64,000 bases of DNA, from positions 22,315 through 86,314 of the IMG/VR virus record IMGVR_UViG_3300035156_000041; one strand, written 5' to 3'. Position numbers and translations under genes: made by a program. Of this stretch, positions 25,923 through 36,455 are shown piece after piece. A model generated the notes under the pieces. The model was not told the origin of the DNA, ran no database searches, and was given only the letters and a program-made list of their open reading frames with translations. The DNA is from a virus. Position 1 is the stretch's first letter. Each line of letters begins with the position of its first letter.

Positions 25923-26335
25923 GTCAAGCCATTATCAGAGCGAAGCTGATGCAAACTTTAGCAGCATACGCCACAGCGCATGCCCCAGTGCTTACCATAG
26001 CCCGCGAAAACATTGCGTTCACCAAGCCAGTTAACTCCGCTACGTTTCTTGAAGCGTTTCTTATCCCAGCTAACACAATTAATCCTAACGTCTCTGCTGA
26101 TCGTCGTAGATTCTACGGTGACTTCCAGATAAATGTTTGGAGTAAGGAAGGCAACGGCGCACAGGATGCGGAAACAATTGCAGAAGAAATATCGCAGCTA
26201 TTTAAAGTGTTCCCAAAAGATTTAATGCCAGTGAGTGTAGAAGCTCCTGCCAGTATCAAGAAAAGTCTGACAGATGGAACAGGCTATCGTGTAACCCCCA
26301 TTCTCATCCCCTATCGGATGGAATCAGAAAATTAA
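25919..26335 (+). CDS. tail terminator-like protein
   Basis: ENIAFTKP, GDFQINV..GNG, TPILIPYR; TTG start. Confidence 0.7.
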   Translation: MSQAIIRAKLMQTLAAYATAHAPVLTIARENIAFTKPVNSATFLEAFLIPANTINPNVSADRRRFYGDFQINVWSKEGNGAQDAETIAEEISQLFKVFPKDLMPVSVEAPASIKKSLTDGTGYRVTPILIPYRMESEN

Positions 26336-26351
26336 ACATTAAGGAAATAAC

Positions 26352-26708
26352 ATGGCAGTCGTTCCAAACGTTATCAAAAACTCGGCAGGCGCTTTGCAGA
26401 TGTCCAGCATCGCTCTTGGCACATCGGGTGACACTCTTGTGTATTCGGCTAATGCTGGTCAAGAGTTGCATCTTTTTAATACATCAGGCAGTGCTGTGGT
26501 TGTTACGGTGGATGGCTCTTTGGGCACAACCGTTAATGTCCCCGGCGCTGGTGATACTACAGTTTCCGTAGCAGCAGGTTACAACATGAGCGTACCAGCC
26601 GGTAAGTTTGTGCTCCTGTCGCTCGATAAAGTGTCGGCGTTCTGTCAAGGAACCGTGGCAATCACAGCAGCAACTGGTGCGGTTGTCCAAGCCAGCATTA
26701 CTCAATAA
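26352..26708 (+). CDS. small virion structural protein
   Basis: Beta-rich, strong RBS, between tail terminator and tube genes. Confidence 0.6.
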   Translation: MAVVPNVIKNSAGALQMSSIALGTSGDTLVYSANAGQELHLFNTSGSAVVVTVDGSLGTTVNVPGAGDTTVSVAAGYNMSVPAGKFVLLSLDKVSAFCQGTVAITAATGAVVQASITQ

Positions 26709-26728
26709 TTACTTAAGAAAGATATAAA

Positions 26729-27172
26729 ATGTCTACACTGGCTTTTAGCTCCGCAGGTTCTACTTTTTCCATTTCGGCTGGCGTTCCAGCAACCAAAGAC
26801 GCAGCAGGCTTCGCTGCTCTTACCTATACAAAAATTGGTGACGTTACCGACCTAGGTCAGATCGGCCCTTCGTCTTCGGTGCTTCTCGTCAATCCTTTGG
26901 ACGACAATAACACGTATAAATTGAAAGGCTCACGCAATAATGGAAAAATTGCGCTGAAAATGAATCGTGCTCCTGGTGATCCTGGGCAAACTCTTCTTAT
27001 CGCTGCTGAGCAATCTACTGCTCCTTACTCGGCTAAGATTGTTCTGCAAACCGGCACCATTCTTTACTTCCAAGTTCTCGTTATGTCGTTCACGACAACT
27101 GTCGGTGGTCAGAACTCCATTACTGCTGCGGATGCTGACTGCGAAGTTAGTGGCGTGATTATCACGGTTTAA
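26729..27172 (+). CDS. major tail tube protein
   Basis: SAG..F.ISAG.PAT.DAAGF.ALTY.KIG.V, KLKGS.N.G, DPGQ motifs. Confidence 0.85.
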   Translation: MSTLAFSSAGSTFSISAGVPATKDAAGFAALTYTKIGDVTDLGQIGPSSSVLLVNPLDDNNTYKLKGSRNNGKIALKMNRAPGDPGQTLLIAAEQSTAPYSAKIVLQTGTILYFQVLVMSFTTTVGGQNSITAADADCEVSGVIITV

Positions 27173-27243
27173 TACTCTTAACACTACGCCCGTTGCAGGC
27201 TTTTACCTGCCGGGCATCTAGTGTATCTTACTACAGGATACAC

Positions 27244-28185
27244 ATGCCACGTAAAGTTGTAATTAAAAGCACTGAAGAGTGGTTGTCACTAGTTCCAAAA
27301 GACCACCAAAATAAGCACGGATATGAAAGGGCTGTTTACACGGGTTCTGATAACTTTCTCACAATTACCTGTAGAATACACGGGGATTTTGAGCAGCGCG
27401 CATACTCTCACCAGAGTGGTGCTGGGTGCCTCGCGTGCGCAAGGTTAAAGTCTGGGCAGTCACAAAAAGGAAGTAAAGAAAGCTTTGTGAGTAAGACTGA
27501 CAGCGTTCCTGCTATTGCAGGCCTTTATGACTATGTCAAAGTTAAATATGTAAATGGTACTACTCCGGTTGAGATAATTTGCAGCAAACACGGTAGTTTC
27601 ATGATGTCCCCAGGTAATCATTTGTCGGGCAAAGGATGCCGGAAATGCTATGATGAACGTCGGTACTTAAATAATTCAAAAGATAACGAGCAGTACAAAT
27701 CAGACGTAGCAAATAAGCATGGGCACACTTACGACCATTCCCTTGTGCAGTATAAAGGTGCTAAATGTAAAGTCCAAGTTATCTGTAAATTGCACGGGCC
27801 TTTTTGGATCGCGGCAACAAACCACTTAAGTGGACAGGGTTGTCCGAAGTGCAACACTTCAGGGTATAACAATGGTAAGCCCGGTTATTTATATATTCTG
27901 ATAGCGGATGACATAACTAAAGTAGGTATTACCACACGTACCCCAGAGCACAGAATCAGGGAAGTGGCTAAAGACGGTGGACCAAGCTTTACAGTAATTT
28001 CTAGCTACTATTTTATGGACGGGACAATTCCGCAAATCCTTGAGCACAAGATTCATAGATATTTAGAACAGCACTACAAGCGAGTTGATAGGACTTTTGA
28101 TGGAAGCACAGAATGCTTCATAGACGTTAACTTGGCAGCATTACTAAACTTTGTAACACCCCTAGCAACCACAGAGGCCGCATAA
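27244..28185 (+). CDS. GIY-YIG-type homing endonuclease with three CxxHG/CxxC repeats
   Basis: Repeated I.C..HG.F....H.SG.GC..C; GYLYIL..KVGIT..R..E C-terminal domain ending FDGSTECF. Confidence 0.85.
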   Translation: MPRKVVIKSTEEWLSLVPKDHQNKHGYERAVYTGSDNFLTITCRIHGDFEQRAYSHQSGAGCLACARLKSGQSQKGSKESFVSKTDSVPAIAGLYDYVKVKYVNGTTPVEIICSKHGSFMMSPGNHLSGKGCRKCYDERRYLNNSKDNEQYKSDVANKHGHTYDHSLVQYKGAKCKVQVICKLHGPFWIAATNHLSGQGCPKCNTSGYNNGKPGYLYILIADDITKVGITTRTPEHRIREVAKDGGPSFTVISSYYFMDGTIPQILEHKIHRYLEQHYKRVDRTFDGSTECFIDVNLAALLNFVTPLATTEAA

Positions 28186-28218
28186 GCGGCCCTTATTATT
28201 CTACCAAAGGAACTGAAA

Positions 28219-28626
28219 ATGTTTGAAATTACTTCCAAAGAACTGTCGGACACTGTTATCGTGGACCTGATTGACCCATCTACAGGTGGTGTTATCTATG
28301 CTGATGAAGCAGAGACGAAGCCTGTCAGCATCGAATTGTACGGTCGCTCCTCGAAGCAACACCGTGCTTGGCTCGCCCTTGCCCTGCGCAAACAGGAAGC
28401 CAACCGAAATAAAAAAGAAAAAAGTAAGACCCCTGATGAACTCTTGGAAGAGAACGCAGAGTTCTTCGCTACCATGACCGTGGGTATTAAGAATATGAGT
28501 ATGGACGGTAAGCCTGTGGCTACGAAGGAAGACTTCAAGAAACTATATGCCAACCCTAAACTCATGTGGATTTCCGAGTTTGTGGCTGAGGCACTAGGAA
28601 ATGTGGAAAGTTTTTTGCAGAAATAA
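28219..28626 (+). CDS. tail assembly chaperone (gpG analogue)
   Basis: Between tube and tape measure; slippery T TTT TTG at 28611-28617. Confidence 0.8.
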   Translation: MFEITSKELSDTVIVDLIDPSTGGVIYADEAETKPVSIELYGRSSKQHRAWLALALRKQEANRNKKEKSKTPDELLEENAEFFATMTVGIKNMSMDGKPVATKEDFKKLYANPKLMWISEFVAEALGNVESFLQK

Positions 28627-29180
28627 GCGACAATCTTAGCCGTTACGCTAGGCACATGGGGTGGCTAAACTCCTACCACGAAACGGCTAAGACATCGCGC
28701 AGGTTACTCTACACAGAGGGTAGCCCTTACTTAGAATACCCCACGCTATCAGAGTACGAACAGAATTTAGTTAAGTACTGGTTTGCTTGTGGGGTCTCTG
28801 ACCAGACTGCTAACGGACCGACTCAATTATCATGGGGGGAAATTCTTAATTGGGCTAATCACTTCCACAAGAGGGTGGATATTGAACTTGTAGAGCATCC
28901 TAGACCTGATAAGAGATTTAAACCTTCCTATTCCGCTGTGGCTATTGAAAGCTGTAATTTAGTAGATTGGGAGATTGAGCAAATCCGGCGTATGAGCGAA
29001 GATTATGTTGGAGAGTACTCCGCAGCTTCCTCGGATGCAAAACGCCCATGTCCAACACCAATCTTCTTGGATGAAGTTAGCGAAGACGCTGCGTTGGCTA
29101 ATGCAAGAGCTATTGAAGAAGGTTTCAAAATGTGGGCGCAGGATAATTCTCCACGTGTTGAAGTTGTACCAAATGAGTAA
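28611..29180 (+). CDS. tail assembly chaperone extension (gpT analogue) reached by -1 frameshift
   Basis: -1 frame open from the slippery site: FAEISDNLSRYARHMGWL...LSWGEI..W...WEIEQIRRMS. Confidence 0.75.
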   Translation, partial: FFAEISDNLSRYARHMGWLNSYHETAKTSRRLLYTEGSPYLEYPTLSEYEQNLVKYWFACGVSDQTANGPTQLSWGEILNWANHFHKRVDIELVEHPRPDKRFKPSYSAVAIESCNLVDWEIEQIRRMSEDYVGEYSAASSDAKRPCPTPIFLDEVSEDAALANARAIEEGFKMWAQDNSPRVEVVPNE

Positions 29181-29222
29181 CGTGTGCCTAATTGGCGAAA
29201 CTAATAAAAGGAGTAGCTAAAT

Positions 29223-32200
29223 TTGGACATCACGACACTAGCAATTTCCGTGACCTCAACCGGTATTAAAGAAGCCTCCGCAGCAATCGGCGGATTGTCA
29301 ACCTCCGCAGCTAACGCGGAGAAACGCATCCTCGCCCTTACAGCAGCCACACAGCAGCTTAGTACAGTTAATAGTGCTTCGGCTGCTGCCATGGCTGGCT
29401 ACATGGCTAAGCTGCAACAGCAAGCTGCCCTACTGCAATCTATCCAAGCGTCTAGTTCAGGCGCTGTAGGCTCTACACAAGCGCTCGCAGCAGCTATGGC
29501 CTTGCTCGCAACGTCCCTTACAGTACTCAATCAGCAGCTTCAAAATCATCAGCAGCGTCAGCGTGCTAGTAACGAGGCCATGGATGAAGGTAAGGCCGCT
29601 GCACGTGGCCTCAGCGGCTCACTAGGCGCTCTATGGGTTACTTACGGAGCCTTCACAGGCATGGCTGCTGGCCTCGCCATTGGCGTAGCTCTAAAAGGTA
29701 TTGTAACAGTTGGCTCAGATGTTGAGAACACTCTTGAAGGCATCCGTGTAAAGGGCGGCGAAACAGTCGCGTCTATTACCGCCATTCGTGAGTCTGTTCT
29801 TAGTCTTGGTCAAGGTATCTATGGACCTCAGCAGGTCGCCAAAGCCTTCGAGACAATGATTCTTGCTGGCTTGAATGCTAAGCAAGCTTTGACGGGCATT
29901 TCAGACGCGCTTAACTTGGCAACGATTGGTGGCACTTCTATTGAGAAGTCTGCTTATACGCTCGTACAGGTTGGCACAGCAATGGGCTACACTACAGAGA
30001 ACTATAGTCGGATTGCAGATGTTATTGCAAAAACTGCTGCTGTGTCCATGTCGTCTGTTGAATCGCTGTCAGAAGCCTTCAAGGCTGGCTCCGCTGTGGG
30101 TAAATTGTATGGCGTTAGCTTGACAGACATTGGTGTCTCGCTTGCTGCTCTAAGTAACTTAGGTATCCAAGGCTCCGCTGCGGGTACATCACTGAAGAAC
30201 TTCTACAAGGAATTGGCTTCAGAGTCTGAAAAAGTCGTGAGTACGCTAGCATCCATGAAACTTACTCCTGCAAGCTTTAAAGATTCTGAAGGTAATTACA
30301 AAAGCTTGTTACAGGTAGTTTCCACGTTGTCAACGGGGCTTGATGGATTGACGGGTGCAGCACAGAAAAATGCTATTGCAAATCTGTCTAATGAGCGCGG
30401 TATGAAAACAATTGTGGAACTGTTGGATTTGTACCGGAAAAAATCAGAAGACGCTACAGATGCAGATGGTAAACGTGTCACTATGTTTCAGTATTTGAAC
30501 GATCAAGTAGTTCAGTCTTTCGGCTATGCTGCTATTGGCTCGGCTCAAATGTCTCTCACCGTTGAGAATCAATTCAAGTCTGTTGGTAACACCCTAAAAA
30601 CTGTGTTTGTGGAAGCTTTTCAAGCTGTCTCTCCGCAGTTGTCTGTGGTTGCTTCAGAGATGAAGAGTGCTTTCGCCTCTCCTGAATTTCTTACAGGTGT
30701 CACCAACTTAGCTGTCGGCGTTGCAAAGTTTACAGTAGCTGTTGCAGAGAATATCCCTCTCGTGGTGAAGCTCTTTGAAGGGTTGCTAGCCTATAAAGCT
30801 ATCGGTTTCATGGTTGGTGTCTTTACGAGTATTGGTGAATCCGTGCTTGTTTTGACAACTGCCTTTGAAGCACTTACAGTTGCATCAGTAGCATTGCAAG
30901 TGGGTATGGGTGTACTGATTATTGCCCTGTCAGCAGCCGCTGCCGCATACACATACTTTAAAGCTGAACGTGACGCTGCTGATTTGTCTGCCAATCAAAA
31001 GAATGCTATACAGTATTCCAAAGACTACGCTGATGCACTTGACTTGGAAGCGAAGCGTCTCAACGATCAAATTAAACTGATGCAGAACGGTAAGTCTGCA
31101 CGTGACGCTGAGACACAATCTATCTATGCACAAAACTTAGCACTTGCTGGGCAGAAGCGTGATAGTGCTGTTTCCGAAGCGTACACTAACGTCGCTAAAA
31201 CTAAATCCGCACTAAATGATACTAGTGGCGAAGATGGCGATGCCTACCTGATGGCTCGTGCTAAGAAGTTGCAAGAATACAATGGTGCTGTCAAGGCTGC
31301 CACCGCTGTTCGTGCTCAAGCTGACGCTGAGTATAACCGTGTTGAGAAGTCTCAGCAAGCCGTCATGGCCGCAGCCGCCTCTAAAGAGCAATTGCGCCTT
31401 CAGCAAGAGAAAGATGCAGCAGCCGCTAACAAATCCAAAGGTACTGGCACTCTCGGCGGTGGTCCTGACAAGGCAGCTATTAGTGATGCCTACGGAGCAC
31501 AAATCCAAGACTTCCAAAATCAAATCAACGCTCAAAAGAAACTCCTAGAGCAAGCTAAAGCTGAAACAACGTCAGCCTACAAGCAAGGCTTGATCGGTGA
31601 GCGCGGAGTTATCGAAGAGAACTACACAGCCGAAGTAACCGCCGCAAACGCTATCATCAAGCTCTTGCAATCCAAAGTGGACACAGCCGTAGGCGCTGAG
31701 AATAAGCGTCAAGCTGCTATGAAGTACACCGGGCAGATTCAAGCTGAGCAAGCTAACATCGAAGCCGCAGAAGCTGCCCGTAATCGTGCTAACGCTACGT
31801 GGATGGTGGACAGCGAGACAATGGTTCAGAAGGCTCAAGCAGCCACCTACACTGCTCAAGGCAAATATGCTGATGCATACGAAGCTGAGTTTGGCGCCAA
31901 GCGTGCTGTCCGTATTGCCGGTATTCAAGCTGACTTGGCAACAGAAGTAAATGCTGAGCGCAAAGCAATGGAGCAGAAAGTATTGTTTGCCCTTGAAGCT
32001 GAACAAGCTGCTGGTAAATCTCAGGCACAAGAGAAAGAGAATCTGAAGTCTTTCATGGACTTGTCAAACACTGTGCGCAACTCTCTGAAGGGTGTCCAGA
32101 CAGCCACTGAAGGTGAGGGTATTGGCGAGATGTTCACAGCAGCCTCGAAGGCCTCCAAGGTCTTGTCCGAGAACATGGTTGAGCTTAAGAGTCGCATGAG

Positions 32201-34901
32201 CAAGCTGATTGATCCTAAAGACTTCAACGAAGCTCAAGCACAACTCACCAACCTTGCAGAAACACAGCGCAAGATGTGGGTGGGTGTTGGTGAGTCGATT
32301 AGTAAGTCCCTTGGAGATGCTTTTGGTAGCTCCGGTAAAGCTGCTGGTGCAATGGTGCAGGCTTACGTAGCTGCTAGCAACACTAGCACGAAAATGGATC
32401 AGGACAAACAAGCTGCCTTGCAAGAGACACAGTCGATGTATGACGCTTTCGGTGTTAGCCAAGAGAACACTAACAAAGCTCTGGCAGATATTAACGCAGA
32501 GTATGCGTCGAAAGAGGCCACTGCTCGTATCAAATCTTATGGGGATATGGCAGGAGCTGCACAAGGATTCTTCAAAGAAGGCTCCACAGGCTACAAAGTT
32601 TTGGGCGCGGCTGAGAAAGCATTCCGTGTTATGGAGCTTGCCGAGGCAGTTAAAAACTTTGTTGTTAAGAGCGGCTTGGTAACAGGCTACTTGGCAGTGA
32701 AGGTAGGTGCAGACGCAGCAGGAGCAGCTTCTGGAGCAGCTTACACTATCTTGGATGTGGCTCAAGCAGGTATTCGTGCAACAGCTAACGGTATTGCGGC
32801 TATTGCAAGCTCTATGATGGCTCTCCCATTCCCTTTCAATCTTGCAGCAGGGGCAGCTACAGCAGCAGCATTGCTGGCAGTCGGTGTGAAGGTGTTTGGA
32901 GGAATGTCAGGTGGCGGTGCTGATGTGTCTGAGCAACGTCAGAAAACTCAAGGCACAGGCTCCGTCCTCGGAGATGACGACGCCAAATCAGCCTCTATCG
33001 TAAACAGCCTTTCAATCCTTGAAAAGAACTCTGGTGTTGGCTTAGTACAAACTAACAAGATGGTGGGCTATCTGAAAACTGTCTCTGACAGCATTGGCAA
33101 CCTATCCTCCTTGATTGTGCAATCCACAGGAATTACAGGTAAAACTGGTGTTGGTTCTAACGGAAGCGCTTATGACTTCGCATCATCCATTGACAAGATG
33201 TTTGGTGGATTAATCAGCGGCACTATTGGTAAGATTGCCAACTTTATCTTCGGCGGTAAAACCACAGTCACTGATACGGGCTTCACAGCAGCTAAAACTA
33301 CAGTTGGTGCTGGCACATTCAATGCAAGCCAGTATTCAGATATGAATAGAGAAGGTGGCCTGTTCAGTAGCGACAAGCAGTACACTGATAGTACGTCGCT
33401 CGGCTCTGACGCAAACGGACAGTTCTCGTTAATCGTACAGAGCATGGCTTCCACCTTGAAAGAGGCTAGCAAGGCTCTCGGTATTAGTGGAGATGCCTTT
33501 AATGCCAAGCTGAATAGCTTTGTAATTGACATTGGCAAAATCTCCCTGAAGGACATGACAGGCGCTGAGATTCAAGACGCTCTGACAGCAGTGTTTAGCA
33601 AGCTGGGCGATGATATGGCTAAGTTTGCCTTCACAGACTTCACACAATTCCAAAAGGTTGGTGAAGGAATGCTGGAGACAATCACACGTGTTGCTACAGA
33701 TGTGATGGGTGTGAAGGATGTCTTTGCAGTGTTGGGCAAATCGTTCGAGCTTACAGGAACTGCTGCTGCCACCGTGGCTGAAAACCTTATCAGTGCAGCA
33801 GGTAGTCTGGACACGTTGAATACGAACACGCAATACTTCGTAGACAACTTCCTGACAGAAGCTGAGAAGATGGGGCCAATTACGGCTTCTGTGCAGAACG
33901 CAATGGCTCAGCTTGGTTATTCGTCTGTTACGACAATGGATCAGTTTAAAGGGCTGGTTCGCTCGCTAGACTTGACGGACCCTGCATCACAGACATTGTA
34001 CACAACTTTGTTGGCATTAGCTCCACAGTTTAAAGAATCGGCTGACTACGCAACAAGTTTAGCAGAGGGCACTGTAACATTGACAGCCGCACAAACTAAG
34101 CTGTTGGACGCTGTGACGAAAGCTAAGAGCACTCTGCAAGATAGCTACGATTCGGAAAGCTCAGCTATCCAGAGTGTGATTGATAAAACTAAATCCTTTA
34201 TCGCCACGCTCAGCAGCTACAAGGACAGCTTGAAAACTGGTGCTGACAGTCCTCTGACGAACATCCAGAAATATCAAGAGGCTAAGAAGCAGTTTGACGC
34301 TACAGCCGTTGCAGCAGCTAATGGTGACGCTACAGCGCAGGCAAACTTTACAGCGGCTTCTACTACATTGCTGTCAGCTTCTAAAGTAGTGAACGCATCA
34401 GGTCAGGCTTATACAGATGACTACAACATGGTGCAGACAGCTATTGATAAGCTGATGGGCAGTTCGACAGTGCAAGTGGACGTTGCTCAGGCTAGCTTGG
34501 ATGCTCTTAATAAGCAAGTGCAAGGGCTTATCGATGTGAACAAGTCGGTGATGTCTGTTACAGATGCTATCACAGCTTTGCAATCAGCCATTATTGCTGG
34601 CTCTGTTGGGGGTTTGTCTAACTCGCAGATGGACACTACGTACACTCCTACGGCTTCGCAAGTGGCAGCAGCTACGCCTTCAAGCAGTAGCAATACAACA
34701 AACTTTGCTACGGCACAACCTGTTGTAGTGGCTATTCAGGCTAACACTGAAGCCATCCTTGCTCAGACGGCAGCACAGTCTGCACAAGCTGGTGTCATGG
34801 TTGGTGCTATGTATGACTCATCTGATGACAATGCCTCGACAGTGACAACAGGTTTGGCAGGACTTATCAACAAGGCAGCAGCAAAGGTTGCCTTAGTTTA
34901 A
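29223..34901 (+). CDS. tail tape measure protein
   Basis: 1892 aa, Ala-rich helical; TP901-type core (GIQGSAAGTSLKN); TTG start. Confidence 0.95.
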   Translation: MDITTLAISVTSTGIKEASAAIGGLSTSAANAEKRILALTAATQQLSTVNSASAAAMAGYMAKLQQQAALLQSIQASSSGAVGSTQALAAAMALLATSLTVLNQQLQNHQQRQRASNEAMDEGKAAARGLSGSLGALWVTYGAFTGMAAGLAIGVALKGIVTVGSDVENTLEGIRVKGGETVASITAIRESVLSLGQGIYGPQQVAKAFETMILAGLNAKQALTGISDALNLATIGGTSIEKSAYTLVQVGTAMGYTTENYSRIADVIAKTAAVSMSSVESLSEAFKAGSAVGKLYGVSLTDIGVSLAALSNLGIQGSAAGTSLKNFYKELASESEKVVSTLASMKLTPASFKDSEGNYKSLLQVVSTLSTGLDGLTGAAQKNAIANLSNERGMKTIVELLDLYRKKSEDATDADGKRVTMFQYLNDQVVQSFGYAAIGSAQMSLTVENQFKSVGNTLKTVFVEAFQAVSPQLSVVASEMKSAFASPEFLTGVTNLAVGVAKFTVAVAENIPLVVKLFEGLLAYKAIGFMVGVFTSIGESVLVLTTAFEALTVASVALQVGMGVLIIALSAAAAAYTYFKAERDAADLSANQKNAIQYSKDYADALDLEAKRLNDQIKLMQNGKSARDAETQSIYAQNLALAGQKRDSAVSEAYTNVAKTKSALNDTSGEDGDAYLMARAKKLQEYNGAVKAATAVRAQADAEYNRVEKSQQAVMAAAASKEQLRLQQEKDAAAANKSKGTGTLGGGPDKAAISDAYGAQIQDFQNQINAQKKLLEQAKAETTSAYKQGLIGERGVIEENYTAEVTAANAIIKLLQSKVDTAVGAENKRQAAMKYTGQIQAEQANIEAAEAARNRANATWMVDSETMVQKAQAATYTAQGKYADAYEAEFGAKRAVRIAGIQADLATEVNAERKAMEQKVLFALEAEQAAGKSQAQEKENLKSFMDLSNTVRNSLKGVQTATEGEGIGEMFTAASKASKVLSENMVELKSRMSKLIDPKDFNEAQAQLTNLAETQRKMWVGVGESISKSLGDAFGSSGKAAGAMVQAYVAASNTSTKMDQDKQAALQETQSMYDAFGVSQENTNKALADINAEYASKEATARIKSYGDMAGAAQGFFKEGSTGYKVLGAAEKAFRVMELAEAVKNFVVKSGLVTGYLAVKVGADAAGAASGAAYTILDVAQAGIRATANGIAAIASSMMALPFPFNLAAGAATAAALLAVGVKVFGGMSGGGADVSEQRQKTQGTGSVLGDDDAKSASIVNSLSILEKNSGVGLVQTNKMVGYLKTVSDSIGNLSSLIVQSTGITGKTGVGSNGSAYDFASSIDKMFGGLISGTIGKIANFIFGGKTTVTDTGFTAAKTTVGAGTFNASQYSDMNREGGLFSSDKQYTDSTSLGSDANGQFSLIVQSMASTLKEASKALGISGDAFNAKLNSFVIDIGKISLKDMTGAEIQDALTAVFSKLGDDMAKFAFTDFTQFQKVGEGMLETITRVATDVMGVKDVFAVLGKSFELTGTAAATVAENLISAAGSLDTLNTNTQYFVDNFLTEAEKMGPITASVQNAMAQLGYSSVTTMDQFKGLVRSLDLTDPASQTLYTTLLALAPQFKESADYATSLAEGTVTLTAAQTKLLDAVTKAKSTLQDSYDSESSAIQSVIDKTKSFIATLSSYKDSLKTGADSPLTNIQKYQEAKKQFDATAVAAANGDATAQANFTAASTTLLSASKVVNASGQAYTDDYNMVQTAIDKLMGSSTVQVDVAQASLDALNKQVQGLIDVNKSVMSVTDAITALQSAIIAGSVGGLSNSQMDTTYTPTASQVAAATPSSSSNTTNFATAQPVVVAIQANTEAILAQTAAQSAQAGVMVGAMYDSSDDNASTVTTGLAGLINKAAAKVALV

Positions 34902-34916
34902 TCTACTAGGAAATAA

Positions 34917-36446
34917 ATGACAACAAGCGCACAACTAATAGCATGGCTTAAAAGTGACACGGCTAAACGTTGTGTGCTGATTCGTGCTCATGTTCAGATT
35001 AATGGTGTAGAAACTATTCGCTATCTATCTAACAAGAACTACGGCACATATCAGCCTGTCATTGCAGGCGGTGTCACATTCTCTGAAGCTCTATCGCTGG
35101 ATGGCTCTGTCAGTATCTCTAGCGGTAGTATCGACCTTCATAATATCAATGGAGAGATTGATAGTTGGCTTGAGGATGTGTGGAAGAATCGCAAGATTGA
35201 TGTGTTGTTGGGCGATGAATTCTGGTCAGAGAGTGATTTCTATCTAATCTTTAGTGGTGTTATTGCGGAGCAGCCTACGGCAGATGACCGTACAAAGGTT
35301 ACACTAACATTGTCAGATAAGCTTCAGCGCCTTAACACAACTGTCAGTGATGTTAAGCTTGATGACAATTCTGCAAACACTGATAAGCTGCTTCCACTGT
35401 TGTTTGGTGAGTGCTTTAATATCAGCCCATTGCTGACAAACTTAGCTACACTGGAGTATCAGATTCACAATGGCCCTATCGAGCGTATTATTGAAGTTAG
35501 GGATAACGGCATTCCGGTAGGCTTCACACAGTTTTTATCAACAGGTAAATTCCAGCTCACTCAAGCTCCTGTTGGCACAATTACTTGTGATGCTCAAGGG
35601 TATAACACAGGCGGCTATGTTAACGACTGTGCAGGTATTATCAAGGTGCTTGTAAAGAATTATGGAGATGCTGATAAGCGCTTCACAGATTCTGAACTGT
35701 ATCTTACGTCTGACTTGTCTGCCAATCTCCCTGGCGATGGTAGCCGCACATTGGACAGCCAGCTTGGCGGCAATATTGTTCTTGAGCAGCAGATCACACA
35801 AGGTGCTGTTGTCTCAGGTGCTGCCACAATTGGCGTGTACATCACAGAGAAGACTAACTTACTCGACTTGTGCAATCAAGTGGCATCCAGTATTGGTGCT
35901 CGTGTTGCTATGACTCGTACAGGCTTGCTCTACGTTGTCCGCATTCAGCTTCCAGCGCCTAGCACGGGAACAATGGTGACAGCAGCTAATATACGTGAGC
36001 GCACATTGACAGCAACCACTGTACCTGTTGTGGCATCTGTGAAGCTTGGCTTTGCAAAGAACTACACAGTGCAGAGCAGCTTGGCAGCAGGCGTTCCACC
36101 AGATCAAGTTGTAGTATTTGCACAGGATTGGCCTTTCACATCGACATACTCGGATAACATTACAGCAGCTAAATACATGCTGATTCAGAATCCAGACATT
36201 GTTGAGACGTGCTTGCAGAATCAGGCTGACGCTGACTTAGAAACTAACCGCAGAGGTGTGTTGTTTGGCACTCAGCGCAAGGCTTACAGTTATGAAGGTA
36301 CGGCAGAATTGCTTATGGAGACACTAGGTGGTGCACAGTTCTTGCAACACAGACGTTTCAGCCTTTCAAGTGGCAAGGCATCCCAAATTATTAGCATTCA
36401 GAGTGATTGGCTAGCAGCCAAACCAACATTGACAGTTTTAGCATAA
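34917..36446 (+). CDS. tail tip / hub protein
   Basis: Follows tape measure; LPLLFGECFNISP and IEVRDNG motifs. Confidence 0.7.
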   Translation: MTTSAQLIAWLKSDTAKRCVLIRAHVQINGVETIRYLSNKNYGTYQPVIAGGVTFSEALSLDGSVSISSGSIDLHNINGEIDSWLEDVWKNRKIDVLLGDEFWSESDFYLIFSGVIAEQPTADDRTKVTLTLSDKLQRLNTTVSDVKLDDNSANTDKLLPLLFGECFNISPLLTNLATLEYQIHNGPIERIIEVRDNGIPVGFTQFLSTGKFQLTQAPVGTITCDAQGYNTGGYVNDCAGIIKVLVKNYGDADKRFTDSELYLTSDLSANLPGDGSRTLDSQLGGNIVLEQQITQGAVVSGAATIGVYITEKTNLLDLCNQVASSIGARVAMTRTGLLYVVRIQLPAPSTGTMVTAANIRERTLTATTVPVVASVKLGFAKNYTVQSSLAAGVPPDQVVVFAQDWPFTSTYSDNITAAKYMLIQNPDIVETCLQNQADADLETNRRGVLFGTQRKAYSYEGTAELLMETLGGAQFLQHRRFSLSSGKASQIISIQSDWLAAKPTLTVLA

Positions 36447-36455
36447 GAGGAACAC

